DNA of 39,195 nt from a virus (IMGVR_UViG_3300032257_000048:1-39195); one strand, 5' to 3'. Shown: positions 1 to 8,122, counted from the stretch's first letter. Numbers and translations are program-made. Notes: generated from the sequence alone by a model not told the origin.

Positions 1-56
1 TGACCCGTTGTCTTCATTTAATAGCTTGTTCATGGCGGTTTCAAATTCATCAACTT
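1..56. repeat. 56-nt terminal direct repeat, left copy (circular assembly overlap)
   Basis: 1-56 is identical to 39140-39195. Confidence 0.97.
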
Positions 57-126
57 TTCTTTGATGCTCATGCGCAATGCAAAACAAACCATATGCTTTC
101 ATATAAGTATCATTACTAATATTCAT
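1..126 (-). CDS. 5' part of a 74-aa hypothetical protein spanning the contig junction (126->1, then 39139->39041)
   Basis: ATG at 126 abuts the stop of ORF 127-396; translation MNISNDTYMKAYGLF...NEDNGS continues in frame as HLSDLIYSY...SLGQP*. Confidence 0.85.
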   Translation of the reverse strand, partial: MNISNDTYMKAYGLFCIAHEHQRKVDEFETAMNKLLNEDNGS

Positions 127-396
127 TCACTCCCCCTCTTGGCTTATACGCTGTTTTAATTTTATTGATAACAAATCCTTAAGAGGCTTAATTCCTGTTT
201 GATACACTTTCTCATGCAGGCCTTCATTGCTCTGAATCTCTGCATCGCTCAACATTCTGGCTAAATCAGCAGCAACTTTAATAATTCCGTCCCTGTATCG
301 CTTCTCTAACTCCACTAACTGGTCTTTGTGTGCGCTCCTTAACCCGATCACTATGGCATTAGTCCACTTATCAATGTCACTCTTATGGTCACTCAT
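127..396 (-). CDS. hypothetical early protein
   Basis: ORF track; ATGA coupling with upstream gene, GGAGG RBS. Confidence 0.75.
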   Translation of the reverse strand: MSDHKSDIDKWTNAIVIGLRSAHKDQLVELEKRYRDGIIKVAADLARMLSDAEIQSNEGLHEKVYQTGIKPLKDLLSIKLKQRISQEGE

Positions 397-683
397 ACAA
401 CCTCCTTGAATGCTTCACGGATAATTTGTCTTCCATCTGTGCCTTTAATATTCATTAACAAATCTTTCTCTAACTCTTGGAACCGGGCTTTGTGTTTATC
501 CTGCTCTTCTTTACGAGCCTGATTAATAAGCGTTACTGACATTTGTTTGCTTATGCTGGTATCTGCTAAGATGTATTTAATATTGTCTCCACCCCATGCG
601 TTAGGGTCATTTGAATAATATTTATATTTAGGGTCATTGGTTTTATAAGCATATATAACCTCTGGCATATCGTTGTCTTTCAT
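393..683 (-). CDS. hypothetical early protein
   Basis: ORF track; ATGA coupling. Confidence 0.75.
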   Translation of the reverse strand: MKDNDMPEVIYAYKTNDPKYKYYSNDPNAWGGDNIKYILADTSISKQMSVTLINQARKEEQDKHKARFQELEKDLLMNIKGTDGRQIIREAFKEVV

Positions 684-871
684 ACCTTACCCCTTAATAA
701 CTGTTCTAAATTTGGTTTAGTTTTTGAGTTAACATGAAGTTCAGCACCAAATAGACCAGATACAGGCTTTATACATGAGACATAGCCATCACGAATAGTG
801 CTTGCTATAACAATTACTGGGTTTTTATATTCAAGCAAATACTCTTTAACTTCTGATTCATTTTTAAGCAT
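680..871 (-). CDS. hypothetical early protein
   Basis: ORF track; tiles with neighbours. Confidence 0.65.
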   Translation of the reverse strand: MLKNESEVKEYLLEYKNPVIVIASTIRDGYVSCIKPVSGLFGAELHVNSKTKPNLEQLLRGKV

Positions 872-1208
872 ATTTATTCCTCAATACCTTGTTAATACAT
901 TTGATAATAGCTGTGCGACGGTCTTCTGAATAGTCAGTAACACCACCTTGTGTTTCAGCCATCCATTGCTCGCTCGAAGGCAGCCAATCAACATCTAGCT
1001 TCATCTCATCAATAACAAGATCACGGTCGTTGCTGTCATGTGCTGGGTTGAACTCAATCTGTCTATTGCTTTTATCAAAATATAAACGCCTTAATCCCTT
1101 AATCGTAACACCAGCTAATTCAAGCCCCATATACTCAGCACAAGCTAAATTAAATTCCTTCGCCGCTTCATCTGTCATGTTATTCATTAGGTTTGTACTC
1201 GATTTCAT
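864..1208 (-). CDS. hypothetical protein, weakly NinX/ABA-sandwich-like (true start probably nearer 1187)
   Basis: LNxACAEYMG...FNPAHD..D..LVI pattern; tiles in operon. Confidence 0.55.
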   Translation of the reverse strand: MKSSTNLMNNMTDEAAKEFNLACAEYMGLELAGVTIKGLRRLYFDKSNRQIEFNPAHDSNDRDLVIDEMKLDVDWLPSSEQWMAETQGGVTDYSEDRRTAIIKCINKVLRNKYA

Positions 1209-1452
1209 CTAAATCCATGCCTATTTCATTTAATATTTCTTGATCTGTTTCTGCAAAGTCATCCCATTCATAAAGCTCGCTTAAATTTTTTAATTGCCAC
1301 TTCCAGCCATCTTCACAAAGCACTCTAATAACAACTCGCTCAATCATTGTGTCAATATCAAAAATAACTCCCAGCCCAGCACCAACCCCATCTCGCACAG
1401 AAGAGAATCTTATTTTTACTGGTCTATATAGCTTTGGTAATCTCATACCCAC
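1180..1452 (-). CDS. hypothetical early protein
   Basis: ORF track; tiles in operon. Confidence 0.65.
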   Translation of the reverse strand: MGMRLPKLYRPVKIRFSSVRDGVGAGLGVIFDIDTMIERVVIRVLCEDGWKWQLKNLSELYEWDDFAETDQEILNEIGMDLDEIEYKPNE

Positions 1453-1574
1453 CCCTCAATAACCCATAAATAATACGGCTGAAATATCTTAAATAACAAC
1501 CAACATAAACCTAGTGTCAGGATAGCGGCTATATAGGGGACTAATTTACAGTACAGTTTGTTATAAGCTTTCAT
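1443..1574 (-). CDS. 43-aa predicted membrane peptide (below ORF-track cutoff)
   Basis: own translation MKAYNKLYCKLVPYIAAILTLGLCWLLFKIFQPYYLWVIEGWV; GAGGA RBS; fills gap. Confidence 0.6.
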   Translation of the reverse strand: MKAYNKLYCKLVPYIAAILTLGLCWLLFKIFQPYYLWVIEGWV

Positions 1575-1576
1575 TA

Positions 1577-1732
1577 CTAGTCCTCGATCTCCATTACTTC
1601 AGCATCATAAAAACACTCATACTCTTCTTCAGCAGATTCAAGAGCCAGTTTAATCGCCTCTTTTTCGGATTCAGCTTCAACGCTTACAGTGTCCGAATAT
1701 TTAAATGTTAATTTAATTTGGTAATAACTCAT
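1577..1732 (-). CDS. 51-aa acidic hypothetical protein (below cutoff)
   Basis: own translation MSYYQIKLTFKYSDTVSVEAESEKEAIKLA...; TGATG coupling with upstream gene. Confidence 0.7.
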   Translation of the reverse strand: MSYYQIKLTFKYSDTVSVEAESEKEAIKLALESAEEEYECFYDAEVMEIED

Positions 1733-1995
1733 CACTTATCCTTTGCTATTCTTTTTTCGTAGTAATTGCAGTTTTTACACTCATACATATCAGTCCACTT
1801 TTCACCGAAAGGCTGCATTTCATGATCGCCTTCTTGACAATAAACGTCATAACTAAAGCTAATACTAGTTGTGAACTTAAACCCCTTTCCGCAACTACAG
1901 TCCTGCATATAATCCCCGTCTTCTTCGTATCCATAGCCATCATCATGATTTATTTCTTGTTCTTCACCGCAATACGGGCATGTAACATCAGTCAT
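1732..1995 (-). CDS. Cys-rich zinc-ribbon-like protein
   Basis: CPYC, CxC, C-x4-H and CKNC motifs; AAGGA RBS. Confidence 0.75.
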   Translation of the reverse strand: MTDVTCPYCGEEQEINHDDGYGYEEDGDYMQDCSCGKGFKFTTSISFSYDVYCQEGDHEMQPFGEKWTDMYECKNCNYYEKRIAKDK

Positions 1996-2029
1996 TTACT
2001 TATCCTTTACTATTGCTGTTAAACAGTCT

Positions 2030-2206
2030 CTAACCATTAATATTTAAAGTTTTTATTACATCTTTCCAGATAATTTTCTCAAGCTCGAATAAGTCTTTAT
2101 CCAGATCTTCTGTGGATCCATCTATGCAATGCTTAATTCTTAACCCAATAATGGGGTCACTAATAGCTTTGTATAATTCACTCTTTCTTTTTTCACTGAT
2201 CTTCAT
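2030..2206 (-). CDS. 58-aa hypothetical protein (below cutoff)
   Basis: own translation MKISEKRKSELYKAISDPII...; fills gap. Confidence 0.65.
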   Translation of the reverse strand: MKISEKRKSELYKAISDPIIGLRIKHCIDGSTEDLDKDLFELEKIIWKDVIKTLNING

Positions 2207-2208
2207 TG

Positions 2209-2446
2209 TTATCTATCCGGTTATTGGGGTTATAGGTAAGCCATTAACATAAAGACAAACTACACAAAGCATTGCCAGAACGTCTACACTTGAAAAAATA
2301 TAATTCCTGTCATGGATTGCGCTTCTAATTAGCTGGCTAAATAACACAGGCACTGTTAATAAAATAATAAATACGCTAAATAATTGAGCTATTAATTCCA
2401 TCCTCTATTCCTCTCTATTATTATCTATCCGGTTATTGGGGTTATA
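2209..2446. repeat. 26-nt direct repeat pair (2209-2234, 2421-2446)
   Basis: ttatctatccggttattggggttata occurs twice, exactly. Confidence 0.92.
2213..2401 (-). CDS. 62-aa two-TM membrane protein
   Basis: two hydrophobic stretches; GAGG-rich RBS. Confidence 0.65.
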   Translation of the reverse strand: MELIAQLFSVFIILLTVPVLFSQLIRSAIHDRNYIFSSVDVLAMLCVVCLYVNGLPITPITG

Positions 2447-4181
2447 AAATAGACAAAGCTTTATTAATCATTTTCTTAATTTTTAATACATCGGCTTTGC
2501 TAACCCAATCAAAATCAGCTATAGGAATATCAAATTCAAAAGGTGCGTCTTTATCCATGTGATCGACAACTATGCCAATCGTAAATCCATTTTCAAGTTC
2601 GTCATTAATAAACGTTTTCTTTGTTTCTTCTGTATATATTTCCATGCTTATTCCTCAAATAGTTGGTCTTGAATCTGTAACCCTATGTTACGCAGTAAGA
2701 GATATGTCTCAGGTTCTTTAATCCTATACGTTAAAGCGATCTCTGTCAAGACCTTAACCCTCTTTTCTTGTAATTCTCTTGATCCATGTAGAGTAATCTC
2801 TGTGAAATCACCCGCTTCTCTCTCTAACATCTTATCCCAAATATCCATCACATTTCCTCTGAATAAACATAGTCTTTAGCTTCTCGTACAGACTTAAAGT
2901 CTGCAATAAAAGCCCCTTCATTGAATACCTTACACATTTTAAGGCATCTATCTTGATTGTAGTACACGTTAATAATCTCATACTTATGAAGTACAATATA
3001 GCCAGTACATAGCTTCTTCCAGTACCTGTCCAGGTGTTTCACTTCTGCTTAAGAAACTCATTAATACCATGAGTTAGCTTAACATGAGTAAGTGTAAGGT
3101 ACTCTTGGCAGTCTTGGCAAAACAAATGGTAATCAACTCTAGTAAAGTCTTCGTCTTCCTTCTCTGTTGTATGTTCTTTTTCAACTGCTAAGGCACTAAA
3201 CGGGTGTTTACATTTAAAGAATCTCATTCTATTGCCTCTATGAATTTCTTAGCTATGTAATCATAACTCCATGTAACACAAGCTGCATCTATTGCCTCCG
3301 TTCTTGTTGGGTATTTAAATACTTCGATATTATTTTTGAGGCAATTAACATAAATAACCTCTGGTTCTGGCTTTATGCGGTAACTCTCCAAATTATCTGA
3401 AAAATCAATGTTAGTTGCTTTTACCCATGAGCCATCTCCAAGATAGTATTCAATATTTTTACCTTCTGCAAACGCCTGAATAATCGGTAATAACTGTTTT
3501 ACTCTGTCTCTGTTCATTTTCTCTGCTCCAATAATTCAAACATATCCTGGTTCCACTGTATAAATTCATGCACTTCTTGCTCTTTGGAGCATACACGAGG
3601 GCAAGTATAAGCCTCCCCTTGACAGAAGTACTCCATCTCTGACTCTGTACTGTCTCCTATGCTGTACTTCTCTACATAACACCCAAGGTGACAACAATCG
3701 TCACACTCCGATGGATCTACCTCAATATCTTTAAATATCCTGATTGTATTAGCTATGAACATTAGTATCCCCTATTATGTCTATTATATCTTCGTCAAGT
3801 TCAAGCCAATCATCTGAGTACAATAGTTCACAAAGTTCCATATCTCTTTGCTCTGCTCCTTCAGTGTCATCATAAGGTACAGAGTTAAAGTCCAGTACAA
3901 TCTCCTCAGAGAAGTTAAGTCCTGCATTCATGTTAGTCATCACGTTCTCCTAGTTCAATAGGTGTTATATCTGTTAGTGAATCTATACTCTCTTGAGATA
4001 AGAAAGCATAACCTGTTAATATATCCCCTTTCTTATCATCCCTTGAAGGCGAGGTAGTAAAAGGGTAGTGTTTACCTGAATTAGATACCATAACAAATGT
4101 ATCCTGGTTGCACTGATCAGTGCAAGTGTACCCTGAGACTGCTACTTCAAATAAATCTAGTTGTTCCACAATCAACTCCAC
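2442..4181 (-). other. run of eight tightly coupled small hypothetical ORFs (2442-2645, 2648-2851, 2848-3042, 3039-3227, 3224-3517, 3514-3762, 3749-3943, 3933-4181)
   Basis: ORF track; abutting or overlapping starts and stops, SD-like motifs; no recognisable families. Confidence 0.7.
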
Positions 4182-4399
4182 TTTCTTAATAATATGCCAG
4201 TTGTGGCTTTATTGTACTTATCTTCATCATACCCTATATAGAGATTGAAAGTAGCTGATATTCTACCTATACAGAATGCTAATAAACAATAAAAATATAA
4301 TTCATAATCCATAATCAACTCCTATGCTAATAAGCTATGCTAATAAAATTAAGGCTATCACGCCTAATACAAAGATGCAATACATGAATGTATCTTCTC

Positions 4400-4606
4400 T
4401 CACTTTATCACCTCTAATTTGTTAAGTCTCTCTAGTCTCTCTAGTCTTTTCTCTAGATCAGAGACATATTTAAGGGTTGCATCATGTAATCCCTTATTAG
4501 CATTAACGAATGTAGTCATATCCTGGACAAATACACCTATGCCTTGTAATGACTTCTTAATGGCTTCTATATCTTGTAAGACCTTAGTCTCTGTTGCTTC
4601 ATTCAT
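4400..4606 (-). CDS. coiled-coil hypothetical protein (start revised to 4606)
   Basis: GGAG RBS before MNEATE; LEKRLERLERL heptads. Confidence 0.65.
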   Translation of the reverse strand: MNEATETKVLQDIEAIKKSLQGIGVFVQDMTTFVNANKGLHDATLKYVSDLEKRLERLERLNKLEVIK

Positions 4607-4693
4607 CTTAATCTCCATTAGGCCATAAGACTGCACAAATAAGTAAAACAAGGCCTATATAGACCACGGTTAGTACTGCAATGGCTAGATAGC

Positions 4694-4978
4694 TCATGAT
4701 TCACTCTCCTGATCAGTATGGTAGTAAACACCTATTAAATTACGTGCTTCTAGTTCAGAATCTAAAGGGCCGCCTATTGTATTAATCCCTGCGGGTGTTA
4801 TCTCCATTAGAGCGTATATAGTGCTATTCATAAAATGATCTTTGGTAATAAAGTACTTATTTTGTATTAACCCAGTAACGTATGATTCATTGAAGAAACT
4901 ATCAGCACTGAACCAATTATTAATATATTTCTCATCTTTAATAACTTGCCTTGTTCTTTGTATTATTTCAGATCTCAT
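4694..4978 (-). CDS. hypothetical early protein
   Basis: ORF track; downstream of promoter at 5056-5083. Confidence 0.7.
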   Translation of the reverse strand: MRSEIIQRTRQVIKDEKYINNWFSADSFFNESYVTGLIQNKYFITKDHFMNSTIYALMEITPAGINTIGGPLDSELEARNLIGVYYHTDQESES

Positions 4979-5055
4979 AATCTTATCTCTTTGTTAGTTA
5001 ATGTAAGGCGTTGCATTATACCCTTAAACGTATTATTTCAATTTATACACTTATA

Positions 5056-5083
5056 AGTATAGCCAGTCTTAATGTATTGTCAA
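5056..5083 (-). promoter_or_regulatory. sigma70-type early promoter
   Basis: TTGACA-16nt-TATACT on minus strand in an intergenic gap. Confidence 0.7.
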
Positions 5084-5245
5084 GACTTATAAATTAAATA
5101 TTATCGTAGCTAAAACAATAGCTATGAACCATGCTTTAAGCTCTGCTTTAAGAGTATTAGGATCATCTTTGGTTAGCCACTCAGGTAACCATTTAATTGC
5201 TGTAATTATATTCATGTATCACCTAATCAATGTTGTGTTGTATTA

Positions 5246-5287
5246 AGTATAGCTAGTTTGTACACCACGTCTAGTACCGTTCGTCGG
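5246..5287 (-). promoter_or_regulatory. sigma70-type early promoter with upstream GACGAACGGTA motif
   Basis: TAGACG-16nt-TATACT; shares GCTATACTTA with the 5056 promoter; precedes a small ORF starting at 5215. Confidence 0.55.
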
Positions 5288-5520
5288 GTACTTAAAGTAT
5301 ATCTGGTATTAGCTTGTACCGAGAGCTGAAATATGATATTATTATCTTTAGTAATTAGTAAGATGTTACTTCTATCATACATCTATACATACAAGTTTAC
5401 TTATCCTAACTTATCTTACTTCTACTTTCCATACTAACTTCATACTATCTTATCATACTTTATAACATAATATCAATGATACAGAAGCTTACACTTATAT
5501 TCTCTACTTGAGAATGATTC

Positions 5521-5754
5521 TTATTTAGGTTCTGACTGTATATCTTGGTTAATACTTGATTCAGAGTCCAAACAAGCTGATAAGCATAACCCAACAGTTT
5601 CATAATTACTCTCTATGGTTTTGTTTATTGTTTGTGAGTTAAGTTTATGCAGTTCCTTATAATGCTCAACTTCTACACTAAGTCTGTTATTCTCTTCATG
5701 TAGATCAATTATCTGATACGCTAGATCTATAATACTCAGTTCATTGTGTTTCAT
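5521..5754 (-). CDS. hypothetical early protein (coiled-coil)
   Basis: ORF track. Confidence 0.65.
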   Translation of the reverse strand: MKHNELSIIDLAYQIIDLHEENNRLSVEVEHYKELHKLNSQTINKTIESNYETVGLCLSACLDSESSINQDIQSEPK

Positions 5755-5755
5755 A

Positions 5756-5941
5756 TCAATACCCCATTTCTACATAAAGTTGTTTAAGTGATGTTATTGG
5801 CACTAGATCATGCCCTCTAACCCTACCTTCTGCTGTGTGCTTAACGAATGGTATACATAGATAAAGGCTATCTGCTGAACATACCTTAAAGCCGTGTGAC
5901 TCTGCATGTCTGGTTAGTAAGTCTTGAGTTGGTTGTCTCAT
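5756..5941 (-). CDS. first gene of the early arm, hypothetical (start revised to 5941)
   Basis: MRQPTQDLL; lies downstream of the -10 box at 5993-5998. Confidence 0.65.
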   Translation of the reverse strand: MRQPTQDLLTRHAESHGFKVCSADSLYLCIPFVKHTAEGRVRGHDLVPITSLKQLYVEMGY

Positions 5942-5992
5942 AATCTTATGCCTTCTGTAAGTTGAGTTGTTAGAATAAATAAACATAACTAA

Positions 5993-6031
5993 ATTATACA
6001 TACATGTAATTGTATTGTAATACCGTTCATC
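5993..6031 (-). promoter_or_regulatory. early promoter with upstream GATGAACGGTA motif
   Basis: TTACAA-16nt-TATAAT on minus strand. Confidence 0.55.
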
Positions 6032-6132
6032 AGATTACATAAAATTAAACGTACATAAATGTACTATATATATGTATCTTCCCCCGTTAATTACATTACA
6101 TGATAGATGTGGGCAATAGTATTAAGTATGCC

Positions 6133-6166
6133 TTAATGGTCTTACATGTTAATGGTCTTAATGGTC
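6133..6166. repeat. three copies of TTAATGGTC
   Basis: 6133-6141, 6149-6157, 6158-6166. Confidence 0.85.
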
Positions 6167-6227
6167 ACATACATACACTCTCTTCCCTCTAATTCAGACG
6201 TTGTGTAATGCACTACTTTATTTAACC

Positions 6228-6242
6228 TGATAATAATTATCA
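6228..6242. promoter_or_regulatory. Fur box (7-1-7 inverted repeat)
   Basis: TGATAAT-A-ATTATCA matches the 15-bp Fur consensus TGATAAT-N-ATTATCA exactly. Confidence 0.75.
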
Positions 6243-6246
6243 TCTC

Positions 6247-6286
6247 TGTGGATAACCTGTGGATAAGTATACTAACCTGTGGATAA
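6247..6286 (-). promoter_or_regulatory. three perfect DnaA boxes (TTATCCACA)
   Basis: TGTGGATAA at 6247-6255, 6258-6266, 6278-6286. Confidence 0.85.
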
Positions 6287-6467
6287 CTTTATAAAGATCC
6301 CCTAGGAAGACCCCCCACCCCCTGTGGTATACTGGTGTATGTGGGATATGACGCTTCAAAACTCGAAAGGTAGATTCTGGTTTTTAAGCTCTTATAGCCC
6401 CTACAAACTCGGGAGGTGAAATTGGATAATTGATTTGAAAATTAATGAAAATAATTCCGTAATTCGC

Positions 6468-6496
6468 TTGACAAGCGTTATTCAGTGTGCTAATAT
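6468..6496 (+). promoter_or_regulatory. sigma70-type promoter of the morphogenesis arm
   Basis: TTGACA-17nt-TAATAT with TGn extension and AT-rich upstream tract; -35 sits inside palindrome CGCTTG-A-CAAGCG. Confidence 0.75.
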
Positions 6497-6603
6497 CGGG
6501 GGGTATTTAACTTAACATGATAAAAAATGGCACCTCTAGTTAAGTACTTGATAATTAAGACATTTCTATAGCAGGGGATATTCTCCTATAACTGAGAAAT
6601 ACT

Positions 6604-6825
6604 ATGCAAGAAGCTACAGCGTTAGAGACAGCTAAATTAAAGATCATGTCATTGAACTCAGAGAACAATGCCTTGAGACAAAGACTTGAATACAGACAAG
6701 AACAAGTCCAACAGTTACAGTCAGGGATCTATAGTGAAGGGTTGAAGGACGGTAAACTACAAGCAGAAGTAGATGCTTACAAGTCTGTCCTGTTCGAGGT
6801 ACTGGATCGTAATGGAAGATACTAA
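6604..6825 (+). CDS. coiled-coil hypothetical protein
   Basis: ORF track; first + arm gene. Confidence 0.7.
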   Translation: MQEATALETAKLKIMSLNSENNALRQRLEYRQEQVQQLQSGIYSEGLKDGKLQAEVDAYKSVLFEVLDRNGRY

Positions 6826-7267
6826 GATACAAAGAACAGCTTCAGGGAGTATAGCAGGTGTAGGTGGAAGACCTCCAGGCGCTAAGAATAAGACTACCTT
6901 AGTAAAAGAAGCTATTAAAGAAGGGATGGAAGATACCCTTATGCAGTACGGTATAGATGTACTGAAAGCTACTGCACAAGCTGCTGTAGGAACTAAGCTT
7001 AAAGACAAAGATGGTGAGTACTTGTACGACGAACATAATAACCATGTGTACATCAAAGGAGACAATGCTTGCAAGAAGATGCTACTAGATAGGATGGTTC
7101 CTATAGCCGATGTATCAGGTAACAACAAGTCAGGTACTACTCAAGTAGTTATCAATGTCCAGGGTATGGAAGCCAAGGTAGACCTTATGGACGCTAGCGT
7201 CATAGAGCAAAGCTCTGATGGTGAGTTCCACGAAGTGCAAGAAGAGGTTACAGATGGTGATGATTAA
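6812..7267 (+). CDS. terS: probable terminase small subunit (start revised to 6812)
   Basis: N-terminal GGRPPGAKNKTT motif typical of TerS-like proteins; upstream of TerL. Confidence 0.65.
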   Translation: MEDTKIQRTASGSIAGVGGRPPGAKNKTTLVKEAIKEGMEDTLMQYGIDVLKATAQAAVGTKLKDKDGEYLYDEHNNHVYIKGDNACKKMLLDRMVPIADVSGNNKSGTTQVVINVQGMEAKVDLMDASVIEQSSDGEFHEVQEEVTDGDD

Positions 7268-7442
7268 TATCAATGGAGTAGAAATGACTCCACTAGAGGC
7301 CAAAGAGATATACAAAGAGTTAGATCTCTTGTTTGGCAAGCCTATGGTTACACTTGCACCAACTAAACAGCCTAAGGATTTGTTAAACCCCTGCGGAATT
7401 ACTTGGACCCCATCAAGCCTAGATAGAGTATTTAAAGATTAA
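7218..7442 (+). CDS. hypothetical protein (start probably 7254-7260)
   Basis: ORF track; GAGG RBS before MVMININ. Confidence 0.55.
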   Translation: MVSSTKCKKRLQMVMININGVEMTPLEAKEIYKELDLLFGKPMVTLAPTKQPKDLLNPCGITWTPSSLDRVFKD

Positions 7443-7693
7443 TGAAAATTATGCTACTCATTTACACATTATGTGGGAGTGAGCAGTGCATTACAACTGT
7501 ACAAGATACAACAGTTAGGTGTTTTTATACCCTTCACAAGTAGTACAGTTAATGAAAGAGACACAGAACAAGAAAGTGCAGTCAGTAAAGATTCCACTAG
7601 AAATAATACACAAAGGTCAATGCACGTAAGCGTAAGCTGAGTCAAGCCTAACTAACTGGGCATAGCCCTTAACCGCATCAGGAGATCCTATAA

Positions 7694-8011
7694 ATGCGAT
7701 ATGAACTACGTAACCGTTACTACGGCCACAGAATGATTGCTCCGAATGAAAAAGCTAAGTTACGCTTAGTCGACAATGGAGTTAAAGATAAAAGAGATAA
7801 TCTTCCTGTTTGGGCAGTTTCTAAAGAGCTTCCTGATGAAGTCCCAGAACCTAAGTTCAGTAAAGAAGAACTCTTAGCTATGATTGCAGTTCTTGAGGAA
7901 GCTGATGCAACAGAACCAGAACGTGAGAAGATAATTGAAGCAGTTAATAAACCTAAAGCAGCTCCAAGAAAGAAAGCTAAGAAATTAGGTAATAAAGGGA
8001 GTTCTATTTAA
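7694..8011 (+). CDS. hypothetical protein with basic C-terminal tail
   Basis: AGGAG RBS; KPKAAPRKKAKK tail. Confidence 0.75.
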   Translation: MRYELRNRYYGHRMIAPNEKAKLRLVDNGVKDKRDNLPVWAVSKELPDEVPEPKFSKEELLAMIAVLEEADATEPEREKIIEAVNKPKAAPRKKAKKLGNKGSSI

Positions 8012-8122
8012 TGAACATCTACGATAAAGGCGCCCCAACTACGAAACCTTTACAAGTTAATGATGTAATTGACTACGCTGTACGGGTACTTAAAGAGAAT
8101 ATAGAGAAGATAAAGGTTTCTA

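Noticed and set aside
1-56. End repeat as the biological terminal repeat
   Set aside because: It lies mid-gene and has a k-mer-like length; best explained as assembly overlap
4426-4447. TCTCTAGTC tandem repeat
   Set aside because: Simply encodes LERLERL in a coiled coil
6133-6286. Short repeats as a CRISPR or mini-array
   Set aside because: Units are 9-10 nt with irregular tiny spacers; no cas genes
6322-6335. CTGTGGTATACTGG as LexA box or fourth DnaA box
   Set aside because: Lacks CTG-N10-CAG geometry and has three mismatches to TGTGGATAA
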